A stretch of DNA of 63,477 nucleotides, the filler included, from Reticulomyxa filosa (taxonomy: Eukaryota > Protista > Foraminifera), in NCBI GenBank assembly GCA_000512085.1. It is 12 parts of 12 records of this genome, joined end to end, with 100 filler letters (N's around TTAATTAATTAA, not from the genome) between each part and the next. Parts side by side here need not be neighbours in the genome. Positions count along the whole stretch, not along the records: positions 33,102 to 42,080 come from ASPP01006799.1; positions 42,181 to 45,327 come from ASPP01021924.1; positions 45,428 to 48,864 come from ASPP01027425.1; positions 48,965 to 59,119 come from ASPP01006525.1; 8 more parts are not named here. One strand, 5' to 3'. Under the pieces are notes generated by a model that searched no databases, was not told the DNA's origin, and was given only the letters and a program-made list of their open reading frames with translations. Numbering within the stretch: position 1 is the first letter of the stretch; each line of letters begins with the position of its first letter. Positions 39,841 through 52,000 of the stretch are shown here, in pieces. Made by a program: the position numbers and the translations under genes.

Positions 39841-41560
39841 TTAAGCAGAGGGTTGTTCGACAGATGTATTCTGATCGGATGGGACGTTTGTCGGCTGGTC
39901 TGCTTGAACAGTGGCAATGACATTATCGTGTTGAGCAGTGGTATCAACAACATTAGTTTGGGCAGTGGAAGAGAAAATGGTAAGCAAGTTCTGATTAGAC
40001 AAATCTCGTTTCATTTCCCGGATTACGCCATGGGGCACACGCCCACTGCCATGACTGCATTTGTGTTCCTTGCGAGTGCTCTGGCTCCAAAAAGTATTGC
40101 TAACATACAAAGTCCTGTGATATTGTTCATTGCCACTAAATTTTTGAATGTAAGACCTTCCAACTTGCAATGTCAAGAAACTGTCCAACCCAGCATAGAT
40201 GATCATTTCTTTTGTCATTGGGCGAATTCCCCAGAACTTTGCGTTTTTAATAAATTTTAATTTCACTGTGTCTTTCATTTTGAACACGTTCACTACAAAT
40301 TTGTGCGCACGCGCATACATATGTACATACATATTTGAGCAAAGAATAAAGCAGAAAGGTTTACTATATGTCTGTGTAGTGAGGCTATAAAAAAGAATAT
40401 AAATAAAGATAACCTTGTGTCTTCTTTATAGTTGTTGTAGCAGTAGTTGCGGTAGCAGTAGTTGCTGTAGCAGTAGCTGCTGTAGCAGTAGTTGCGGTAG
40501 CAGTAGCTGCTGTAGCAGTAGCTGCTGTAGCGGTAGTTGTTGTAGCAGTAGCTGTTGTAGCAGTAGTAGTCGTATCAGTAGTAATAGCAGCAGTGGTGAT
40601 GGCGGTAGTATTGATTGTACTCTCATTGATCTGGCACTTTTCGTCTGCCTGTTCTTCACTTTTGGTAGCCTCTTGTGTTTTAATATCCTCATTTTCATTG
40701 GGTTTTTGCGCTTTTGTATCGAGGTCCTTGATTTCATTGATTTGAGACGGGTACAATATTGTTAGCTCTATGCAATTGGGTGGCAAATTGCGTTCGAGTA
40801 ACAATCCTAAACCAGGTAAGCGAGAAGTGAACTGGCCAAATCCAACCACTCGTCGAGTCAAATACGCCACACTTGTGTCAAATATTCCATTCAAACGTAT
40901 TCCATACACATGATACAATGCATCTTGATCTTTTCTGCAATCATGAATTATTTTTATCGGACCTTTTTTTTTTTTTGAAGAAGTTGAAGTCATCAATAAA
41001 AAATTACATCATTTGGTGAGCGTATCCATTTACCAACTCCCCCCCCCCATTTGTACAAGCGAAAATGCGAAACATTTAAAAAACTCACCTTTTTTAAAGT
41101 CTGGCTTTTTTTCCAAGAAATCTCTTAGACAGCATGGGATTCTATTACACATTTTGAAAATATCGAATATATAACTATCTGTATTTGTAGAGAGCTGAAT
41201 CAGTGCCACTTTTCCGTTCCTTGACAGATCCAAATAACCTTCACAATCAAATCCCACATACTTTTCTTTTGATAAGCTTGCAATCACGCTTTCACATTCC
41301 TTTTCATTTGATAGAATGTGGATTCTCAAGATCTGTTTCTCTTGACTCTCTTTTCGTGCTTTTGCTATGTACTGATCGGGATTTTCAACTTCTTCTTCTT
41401 CGAATTCACTCTGGTTACCTCTGTTAAATTCTTCCTCTTCAGCGTTATGATTAACTTGAGGAGCATTTGGTTTTTTTTTTTATTTTTCTTGAATTGCTGT
41501 CTTTGTGGCATATCAATTTTTTTTTTGCTGAACTTTTCACGTCTTCTGTGCAAGCCACGA
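39841..41560 (-). CDS. EXD1: DEDDy 3'-5' exonuclease, EXD1/Egalitarian-like (multi-exon; start uncertain)
   Basis: ExoI VGFDCEG..LSRNGKVALIQLST..YIFDIF; ExoII KIIHDCRKDQDALYHVYGIRLNGIFDTSVAY; ExoIII WGIRPMTKEMIIYAGLDS. Confidence 0.8.
40430..40610 (-). repeat. (ACAGCAGCT/ACTGCT)n Thr/Ala-rich insertion within the exonuclease domain
   Basis: TTTATTATATTTTATAATATAATATATTATAATATAT. Confidence 0.9.
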
Positions 41561-41793
41561 AACAAAATTTTTGGACAATTAGTTAAATACCTCTCACTTT
41601 GCGATGCTTACAGAATTTATGTTCTTTTTACCATTAAAAAATACACAAACTTACAATATTTGAGCATCTTCCAAGATAACAAACACAAAAAACGAGATAT
41701 GAAGAGAAAGACACCGAGCCAACAGAAAAGCGGTTAGTAGAGGAAAAAAGCAAGAGTAATTCAGGGAAAAAAAGTAGAAGTAACCAATCATCC

Positions 41794-42080
41794 ATGGACA
41801 CGTCCTTGGTGAGATTTTCGGATATGAATTCAAAACAATATACTAAGGTAAGTGAAAACAGTAATGAACGTAGCAGCAAACATCCAAGAAATTGGTCACT
41901 CACTTGCTGGCTACTTCTCGTTGCTATACTGGTTATTATCGGCCTGACTGCCGGAATCGTTGTAATTGCTACCAAAAAAGATAGTGACAATGGTTCGTTA
42001 TTGTTACCGTGTTGTTTGTGCCACCTTTACGAAGTTTGATCAGCAAAATGCAAGCCACTATACCAAAAAAAAAAAAAAAA
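41794..42080 (+). CDS. 5' end of a type II membrane protein (truncated by contig end)
   Basis: Short cytoplasmic N-terminus then one hydrophobic helix WLLLVAILVIIGLTAGIVVIA; probable GT donor ~41993. Confidence 0.45.
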
Positions 42081-42180
42081 NNNNNNNNNNNNNNNNNNNN
42101 NNNNNNNNNNNNNNNNNNNNNNNNTTAATTAATTAANNNNNNNNNNNNNNNNNNNNNNNNNNNNNNNNNNNNNNNNNNNN

Positions 42181-45000
42181 TTTGCATTGATCTGCCACAT
42201 GTTTGAGAATAGCCAAAGCTGGACTCTTTTGATCCCACCTAATAAAATAGATTGCATATCGTTATCCATGCTTGTCCACTTCTTACCAATACTTCAATTC
42301 AAAGATTGATCTTCCACATCCACTATTTTATGTTCTTCTTCATTGCCTCGCGGCGCGTAGGATACCAGTTCGATTTCTATAATGTGACACTCTTCAATTT
42401 TTTAAACAAACACATATAAAGAAAAAGAAAAATAACTTAACTTTGTTTGTTATCCTCACGCGGGATAATTTTTTTCCAATATAAAAAAAAAACAAATTAA
42501 ATTTACATTATAATTTTTCTTTTATTCTTTTTTTCACTTTCATTTTTATAATTTTCTTTCTTATTCTTTTCTAAACTTTTTCTTTTTTTCTTTTTTATTA
42601 TACATCCTTTTTTTTTCTTTTATTATTCCATCTTTTTTTTTATTACTACATTTTTTTCTTTTTATTATTTCCTTTTCTTTTTTATTATTACATCTTTTTT
42701 TGTTATACATTTTTATTTTTTTATTTTTTACTCCATTTTTTCCCCACTTATCACTTTTTTTACCATTTTTCATACACCCCAAGAAATATACACAATCTTT
42801 TTTTTTGCTGTACCTGGTACCTATGTGCAGACACAAAGTTATACTTTATAATTTTTTTAAAAAACAAACAAATATATCCATAACTATTATAAGTTGCAAC
42901 GATCCAAACTCGGTTTCCTATAACAAACACTCCACATCATTTTTGTTTTTTTTTTAGGGAATGAACAAACAAATAAACATATACAAATATAGGTATTTCA
43001 TTGAGGGGGAATTCCTATTTCATGACAAGTACAAACAAACATTTTATAACAAAGGTACAAATATATAAATAAAAAAAAACATTACAAACCTTTTTTTGTT
43101 TGTTTGAAAACATGGTAGAGTTCAACCCCATTGTTATCATTATTTTTTTTTTTGTGCGTTTGTAGGGAGCATATATTTATTATCTTGGCTTGACGGGGGA
43201 ACCTATATAATACAATATATGATATTTAAATACATTTATTAAAAAAAAATCAAATAGAAAAAACCGTTTTTCATCCTTGCGGAGACGGAGGTGGTTGCTA
43301 CCCCATTTTTTTCCATTCTTTTCATTCCATTTGATTGTTCTATTATAAACAATCACACAAGTATATTTATAAATTGAATATAAATGAAGACAAAATACTT
43401 TACCTTCTCTTGGCAATTGAAATTACAATGCAGCGTCACATTGCAAACCACAACAAGTAGTTATTTATTCATCCTGCCATTTGCTCCATGATATTTTCTA
43501 TGCACAAATAACAAACAAAAAGTAATTCATGTTATTGAACCACAACAAAGAAAAAAATAAAAATAACTTGACAATATCTATTGCATCGTCGATGTTGAAT
43601 TGTTAATAATTTGGACGTATTATGCACCAACTCAAACACAAACATTAGCAGGCACAATGTGTGGATGAATAGAATTGCAATGTCAGCCAGTTTGTCCATT
43701 GCGTTTGATTATTGTGTTGACAGCTAAGTGCCGTATGAGATAGCGCATGTGACAGTATAGTGCTATTTGCATAAACGAGGACAGGCACCACGACCAACTT
43801 GTTCGTCAGCTACGTTGTAGCCCACTTTCCTCATTTGCGCCAACAGCGCCTCTATCACATCAAAGGCATATTTGTGTCATGAAATGACAACGACGGACTT
43901 GCCATCACAGTTTGAGCTAGCAATTGCAACTGATTGGACAATTGTTCCAAGTATACGTTGTCCTTCCATTTCTCAACGGCACTAATATCTATTTTGTTTG
44001 TTTGTTCTTAAACAAAAAGAAATAGTAAAAAAAAAAATGACTAAACATTGCAACATTGGATAATAATCAAAATTGTGGAGAATCTGTGAGCGATATACTT
44101 GGACGAGTTTGGCTTTGCAAAAATTTGTGATTGGCACTTGCTTGGATGTTGCAGGACTTGGAAAAAAAATCTGCAGCAGCTGCAGATAATGTTGATAGTT
44201 GGATTTGTGCTTGTTGCTGCGCTGCACCAGAAATAATTGATCACAATCAACGTCCGTAATCGATACTTGCTCCTGGCTGCTGCACGCTCTTTTCGATAGT
44301 AGCGTATTTATCATTGCCTCCATTTTGTTATTTTTCAATATGCTGTTATTTTTTTAAAAAATCATTTCTAAATAAAGTCCATAACATACACAATTCATCT
44401 TCCCCCTTTCCTATCTCTTGATATACGTTAACCTCCCCTTTTTTTTTAATGACCATTTTTTTTTTCCATTTAGTTTTTCTATCATTGCTATGTACCTGAA
44501 TGTCGCTGCTGTGAATGTCAATTGTATGATCGAAATGGATATGAACACATTAATTGTTGACGTTTTGGAGTGCCAGTTCTTTTTGGACTGCTTTGGATTT
44601 GCAAACAGAGTGCTTTGAAAAATACGTATAATTGTATTTGTTGATTGCATCAACTCATTGTTAGAAATTTGAAATGAGGATGCGCTTATCATGTTATTGG
44701 ATAATTGTAGAGATTGCTCAAACTTCCACTTTTCCAATTTCCACAAGTGGTTGAACAACATGTCACGTGATACTGCCAGTATATTCATATTGTTGTGCTG
44801 ATTGAAGTGTGTTTGTGTGTTCGTCCAGCTGCACTTGCTTGTATTACTCTCATTTGTGTTTAACGTCACAACGAATACGTTTGATACATGCAATACCACC
44901 AACACAAGCAACGCTTTCATGCTGCCGCTTAACTGGCCAAAAGACTTACTCAAGATTTTCTCCTCCGTTTGTCCCCTCCACTTCTACTAGGAACATCGAA
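42181..45000 (-). pseudogene. Decayed multi-exon gene-family member, paralogue of 27800-33001
   Basis: Signal-peptide-like MKALLVLVVLHVSNVFVV (ORF 44411-44953); stops throughout; block homology to the contig-6 copy. Confidence 0.45.
42435..43345 (-). repeat. Dispersed element, copy B
   Basis: Reverse complement carries the same blocks in the same order as 30024-30850. Confidence 0.8.
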
Positions 45001-46761
45001 CGGAAGGACATTCAATGAGCACAAAGCCACTTTAAGGTAAAATTAAGAAAAATTTTGTGGCAAATGAATGTATTTGTAAAACTTTAAATGAATTGCAAGC
45101 GATTTATGTAAATACTAAGTTGATTGGAAAATGAATTTGTTTTGTATACATTCATTACAGCCCAAGACGAAAACAGTTAGTTCTTTTCCAATTTAAAAAA
45201 TTCTTTTCACTTAAGAAGATAAATATTTGTAGATTGAAAAAAAGCACTATCTCTCCAAAAAAAAATAAAAGACAAGAACAAAATATTCGAAGCAGTCAAG
45301 CCTACAAAAATGCTCATTTAGCATTTCNNNNNNNNNNNNNNNNNNNNNNNNNNNNNNNNNNNNNNNNNNNNTTAATTAATTAANNNNNNNNNNNNNNNNN
45401 NNNNNNNNNNNNNNNNNNNNNNNNNNNAAAAAAAAAAAAAAAAGATTGGAAATGCTTCATTGATTACAATAAGAATACTACTAAACCACGTTATCATTTA
45501 TATTTAATCAAAAATATTTGTTATTATTTTATGTATGTATTGGTGCAGCCTCTTCAAATGGCTTCATTTTATATTAAAATGCTCTTTGAATGTTTTGTTG
45601 TTCTTTTGAATTTTTTTGAGAAATGGCTATCCAAGAACAATTTATGATGAAAGAACTAAACAGTACTTATATAATTTTGTGTACGTTTTATTTTTTGTAA
45701 AGGTGCATGAGTATTAATATCCAATTGAATTTCAGTATTATTTAATTGTTTATCAATGAGCAACATCAGATCTGCAAATGCATATACACAATCCCAATAT
45801 CTTCCACACGAATATAGAAACCATCCAGCAAACAAGCAAGTGAAAAAAAAAATAAATTAAAAATATTTCTAAAAATCTTGGAAGTAAGGGATTCTTGGAA
45901 TGAAAGTATAGAGTGGTTTGATTGATGACATGAGTATACCAATAATACATAAATGCACTTGTATTCATCGGACTTTCGTAATCAAATGACAAGCCGTCAA
46001 AAATAATTGGATGATGTCAGCTCATATATCCATTCAATCCATTCTCGCAACGCCTGTTTCATTTCCATCCGTTGGAATCATTTCCATAATTTCATATCCA
46101 TATATCACACGCTTTTGTTTTCGAATATAAACGCTTCCATAAAAAAATATTAGCATTAACACATATGTTGAGGCTCTATCCAATAGACAATCCTTTGCTT
46201 TATGTTGATGAGCTTGGCACACATACCATGCACACCGACAAGAACAACGCAATACTTATCTAGTTTCGTTGTTTGTTACGTGTATTTCATTATCGTTTCA
46301 CTCAAAACGCTTGGTTGATATTGTTTTCTTTTTTACTTACTTGGATGAAAGGCATGATAACTTCTATCACTTCACTGACAATCTTGTTTCGGAATGATGA
46401 TCAAGGGAGATGAAAATGTTCTTTTTCTTGTCAAGCACGTTCAGCAAGTGAGAGCTGTGTCGTTTAGTGTTTTGGGCTTTTTTACACAATTCTCGAAAAA
46501 GAAAAATCAATTAAAGTGCTTTTTTAGCAGACAGAAGTCGCTTATTTTCAAATATTTTTTGTTTTTTTCACATTTGAAAATCTAGTAAATAACAATGGTT
46601 AAAGGTAATAAAAACGCTTCCAAAAAAAATAAATCCTTTTCTGAACGAAGTGTTGGTTGTTCACAACAAAAAGGGGCAGTGCGGAGAAAGATTACAATAT
46701 TATCAAACAAGCGTGACATTTACTTTTATAGAATACACGTCCGTTTAATATTATTGCAGAG

Positions 46762-47049
46762 ATGGAAGGCGAGCCCTTGCCGTATCAGAATGTGGATTTG
46801 GCGAAACGTTACTTTATTGGCGGATTTTTTGGGTTACCATTTCTCTGGTTAGTAAATTATTGTTATTTTAAAGACGTGATAAAAGAAAAATATGTCAATC
46901 GTTCCATTAAATTGTATGCTCGATTATCACTTTTGTTATTCATCTTATCTATTTGTGCACTACTTGCTTGGATGATTTCATTTTGGATACTTCAGAATGA
47001 CTCTTGGAGTAGTTTATTTTTCACCGAACGCAGAAAACAAACTTTATAA
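46762..47049 (+). CDS. PSENEN: Presenilin enhancer 2 (gamma-secretase subunit PEN-2)
   Basis: 95 aa; LAKRYFIGGFFGLPFLWLVNYCYF...IKLYARLSLL..W...FW....W: the PEN-2 signature. Confidence 0.9.
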   Translation: MEGEPLPYQNVDLAKRYFIGGFFGLPFLWLVNYCYFKDVIKEKYVNRSIKLYARLSLLLFILSICALLAWMISFWILQNDSWSSLFFTERRKQTL

Positions 47050-47054
47050 CAAGT

Positions 47055-47273
47055 TTATTGTTTCAAATGCCCCGCAATATAACATTGTTTCTTTTTGAGT
47101 GATATGTTAAAATATACTTTATTTGATAAAATAATTCGTCCAAAAGTATCTTCAGCTATGTTTTCCCAAGTTTTTTGATAAGATCTTGTCAGTGGGTCAC
47201 TTCCTGACATTTCTTCTAAGTCTAAAGTTAACTGAATGTTTTCGTCAACTTCTTTTTTAGGTGCTGAGGACAT
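47055..47273 (-). pseudogene. GTF2H2: N-terminal fragment of TFIIH p44/Ssl1
   Basis: SYQKTWENIAEDTFGRI resembles the Ssl1/p44 Y.RTWE.L.ED..G.L motif; no vWA or zinc-finger domain follows before the PEN-2 gene. Confidence 0.5.
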
Positions 47274-49085
47274 TTGTAAAAGTATAGTTTTTTGAATAAA
47301 TACATCTTGTAGTAGACAACCATAACAATACGATAAATGAAATACACAAAAAGCTCCAAAAAAACGAAAGATCGCATAATTTGGATCTTTTTTTATAACA
47401 AATTTCTTTTAATCGATATGCTCAAGCAAAGTGAACAATTTCTTTTGTGAATAAAAAATTAAATTTCACAAAAAAAAAAAAAGTTGAAAAATTTAATTAT
47501 ATAAGCAAGTTTGACATATATTATTTTTCAAGAAAAGCAGCATAGTTGAAGATCATATGATGCAATTAAAAAAAATATATAATGAAATATAATAATATAT
47601 ATTGAAGAACGTTGCACGAAATAAGAATGTTGTATGATATACGAAAAATCATGCGAAGAAGTTGCAAAATATTTGAACAATTCTTGTGATGAATGTCAAT
47701 ACATATCATCAAGAAAAGTCTGATCATGTGATTGAGTGGCTTCACCTGCGAAAAGAAGTCTGAAATTACGAGTTCTTACTCTAAAGCTGTGTTGAAGAAA
47801 GGTATGTTTAAATTCTGTGATGATGTGTTGACACGACAAGATTATCATCTTATTAAGCAAGTTATCAGCATGCAGTAGAATATAGTAACTCAGATTTATG
47901 AATAGCATTAATGTGACAACAATGCTGCCTTTCTTTTTTCTTTTTTTTTTAAAGAAATAAAAAAATTGATTGAAGACGAAGTTAAATAAATCATTTTCTT
48001 TTATTATTTAATTGAAGACAAAAAGGATCAATCAATTTGTGCAATGATTATGTATTATTAAATGAACATTGCTTAATTTTCCTTTTTGTGAAAACAACTT
48101 TTATGAAATTAGATAAAGAAAGTCAAAGTAATGAATTTGAGAAAAATCGAATTATTTTACAAAAAAAGTATCAAACGCACTCAATATTTGCTGAGCCATT
48201 TCTAATTCAATTTCTGAGTATGTTTTATAAAGTGAAGAAAAAGTGTACGGTCTAACTAATCGAATATTAACAGACTTTGCATACTCGTACTTTTTTGCCA
48301 AAGATGCGGCATTGTCAAACAACACTTACAATACTTGGACTGTGGCTTCATTGCCTGAAATGGAATCAAACATATAATTAAAAAAAGGACTTTAAAATTT
48401 ATTTATACTTCGCTTATTGTGACATTATGAAAACGATATTTCTTTAAAAAAGTTTTTCAATTAATGGGTACTTAGATTAGCAAAATCAACCGTTTGATTT
48501 TTCAAGTCTGCCAAACACAATAGCCTATTATTTTTGTTTATTGTAGCACTAAATAGTAAGAATTATCATTCAATAGTAAAAGAAACCCAAATATTCAATT
48601 ATGTAGTAGCCATAAGATTGTAATTAATAGATACAATATATTTCAGTATCTCAATTAGATAACATTAACAACCGAAACTGTGTAATGTAGGGCAAGCCCC
48701 TACTGTAATTTAAAGCATTGTGTTGGCCAGTGAAGGCGAACTGACACAATGTTAGCTTAAGGCAGACACCTTAAGCAACGAAAAATAAAATTTTATTGCA
48801 CAAAGAAAACCAACTTACAGTATTTTTGTAATATCTAAACGTCATGCAATTTGCAACAAGATAGNNNNNNNNNNNNNNNNNNNNNNNNNNNNNNNNNNNN
48901 NNNNNNNNTTAATTAATTAANNNNNNNNNNNNNNNNNNNNNNNNNNNNNNNNNNNNNNNNNNNNGTATTCTTCGTCGTAGTTTTAGTTTTTTTTTTTTTT
49001 TTGTTCATTCTTTTTAAAATTTGGAGCCTCTCTTTTTTTTTTTAAAAAAAAAAAATATATATATTAAGCTGGTACACGCACAACC

Positions 49086-52000
49086 GTGACATTGACCTTG
49101 TCCAACACAACTGGTCGCCGAACATCTTTGGTAATGGCGCAAGCAGCATTACAACGCACATTAAATAAGATGGGAAACATGATCGCCATGGGGATGGCTG
49201 ACGATATGAGTGTGGCATCGACAGTGAACAAGACCAGTATAAGCAGCTATCGTGGAGTACCGATGGAGGAGAGTGATGCTGAGTCCAGCGAAAGCCCTTA
49301 TAAGTTTTACCGGGTCATGGTCAAACCTCACAGTCAGCTGCAATTTTCATTGCGATATCAGCCCCTTGGCGTGGAGAAATGTCAAATTTTGCTTCCTATC
49401 GTCTTGGCTGGTCAGGCTGAATTTGAGCCTCTCAAGCGATTTATTATCGCTCATTCCATACAACCTATCCTAAGTCTATCGACCAGAGAAATCACTTTCC
49501 GAGAAGTTATTGGTAAGTTTGCATGTTTTTTTGTTTTGTTTCTTTTTCTTTTAGAAAATTTTCTGGCTCCAAAATAATCAAAGTACTTCGAGCTGATAAA
49601 GTGGAGTCGAGCCCGTACACGGCCGATATTGCAGTGAAAAATGAAGAGTCTTATCCCGTGCATTTTCGTTTGGAGCTGGATAAAACGGCGAAAAAAGATG
49701 CCAAAAAGCCTTCCAAATGCTGGCAAATCGCTCCGTATAAAAATGAAATTGTCCCTGGAGATATCGTACTAATCAAGATTAGCTTTGCTCCAACTGACGA
49801 CATTTTGCACCAAAACAACCTGAATTTGTTCATTGTTAAAAATGACAAGAAAGATGAAAACAATCCAATTGACAAGAAAACTCCAAAGGAAAAGCCATAT
49901 TTTCAAATTCGATTGAATGGACAGGCAACTTTTCCCAAGCTGTCTTTTGAAAATGAGATTTTCCTTCCTCCGGTCCCTTTGCACGTACGCAGCACAAAAT
50001 TGATGTTAATATATAACAGTGGCTATGACGGATTTGACCTTAAGTACGAAATTGCTAAAGATTGTCCTGTTGAAATTACTGTCAAGTAAGGCATTTTAAT
50101 TTTGTTCTTTCTTTTTAATCCCGCTTCTAAATCAAAACTGTAAAAACTAGGTTCCCGGATGGAACTTGGTTTGAGGACGAAAGTATTCCAATCGAGATAT
50201 CGTTTGTCAGCACTATTGCAACTGCTTTTACAACCATCGTTGATCTGATCGATGTTGATGGCCATTGTTTTCCTTTGACCGTAAATGGACTGTCCAGTAA
50301 CAGCGTCCTGTCGAATCAATCCTATTGGTACGGTCACGAGTGCCAAATTGCGAGACCTGACGAACTTTCCATGCCCCAAATTGCTGAGATCAGCCAAGAT
50401 AATAACCACGACGAAAAAAAAGATGATACAAAAATTGCAGCGATGTGTCAGTTATTACCGCAAGTAGTACCTCCAAACATTTTGGATGACATTTCCATGC
50501 TGCTCATGTTTTTAGAGTCAAATGGTTACATGCAATTCCCCAATGGAATTGTGCACTTTCCATCAGACATTGTGGAAGGCAACGGAGAACCTGTTTTTAA
50601 ACTGCTCAAATTTTTCACTGGAAAAAAAATTTTTGGAACGACAAAATATACTAAAAAAACAAAAAAGATGGAGCTTCAAAACATAAAGACGCTCAAGCAA
50701 AAAATAACGACTCCAAAGATCTTACTGACATCTCTGACAAAGATCTAGAAGGTATGAATGTTTGCATTGCGTAAGGAGCAGAAGTATACGTGTTATTATA
50801 TTTGTACGTGCACATGTACAAATATACGTATACATATATGTACATACATATACATTTAAAAAAATAAATAAATACATAAATTGGGGAAATGCAGTGAGGG
50901 AAATGCTGAAAGAGTACGAAAAGATGATTCAGCATTTGCGCAAGCACGGTGCAATTTTGTCGATAAAGCCTGAACATTGTTTGAGCTTGCACCAGTATTT
51001 ACATTTTATGCAACATATAAAACCAGCTACGCAGGTGATAAGGAAGAAAAAGGGCGAAGAAAAAACTTGTAATGGGGCACAGTCGACGACTAAGCAGTGG
51101 ATACGTAGAAAAAGAAGGACAGAAAAACTGTTCCCCTTGCTTTCGTGTATTACGTGGAGCAACGTACTGTTTCAGATCATCAAAATATATGTGATGAATA
51201 AAGAGTTAAACCTCAAAAAGTTCCTTCAAATGGATCAACTCCACAAATGTTTGCAGGACTCTAATGACCCCATGGCATTAATGTTGCAAAGCACCAGTAG
51301 CACCAAAGACAGTAAATTCTTGCCCTTTCCTGACGCTTTGAACCAAAGCAATGTTTTTTCATCGCAAGAAAATCTTTTGTTATTGTGGGCTTCTTTTTGT
51401 TACAATCAGCATGTTAGTTTATATACATATATATATATATATATATAAGAGAGGTATTTATGAATTTTGGAAATGCAAAAAATTCCATATACGTATATGT
51501 ATACGTATACATATACATGTATTTATATGTGTGATAGATCCAACCAACTAAACCTCATTATTTTAACAACTTTCGAGAGTTGAGTGACGGTGTTGCAGCT
51601 GCTTGCACATTGATATCGTACGTACCGCATTTGAGCTCTCAATTAAGCTCCATTTCTCGAAAGCCGGCCGATCACAACGAAAAGAAAGCCAACTGGAACA
51701 TAGTTCTAAACTTGCTGAAGAAATTGGGGCTCCATTTAATGCATAGCTTTGGAGTTTTGCAAGAGGAAGATTTAGTGAATTCCGGCGAACGCAATATGTG
51801 TCTCTTTTGGCTCCATTTGTATACAAAGCTACCAATGTACGCACCCTTTACAGTAATTGATTTTCCTGCCAAATTAAATAACGACGTAACCCGTACCATG
51901 CGCTTATCTAATCCTTGTGACAGAGAAATTGTATATGAAGTCATGTTGGAAGGAGATCCTCAATTTCACGTGGAGTCCAATGTCGTTATTTTAGGTTTTA

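Noticed and set aside
48715-48755. Minus-strand TTCGCCTTCACT resembles U5 snRNA loop I; plus-strand GGCGAA resembles HDV ribozyme J4/2
   Set aside because: The loop deviates from the invariant GCCUUUUAC, no Sm site follows, and the HDV P1/P3 pseudoknot and hammerhead CUGANGA core are absent
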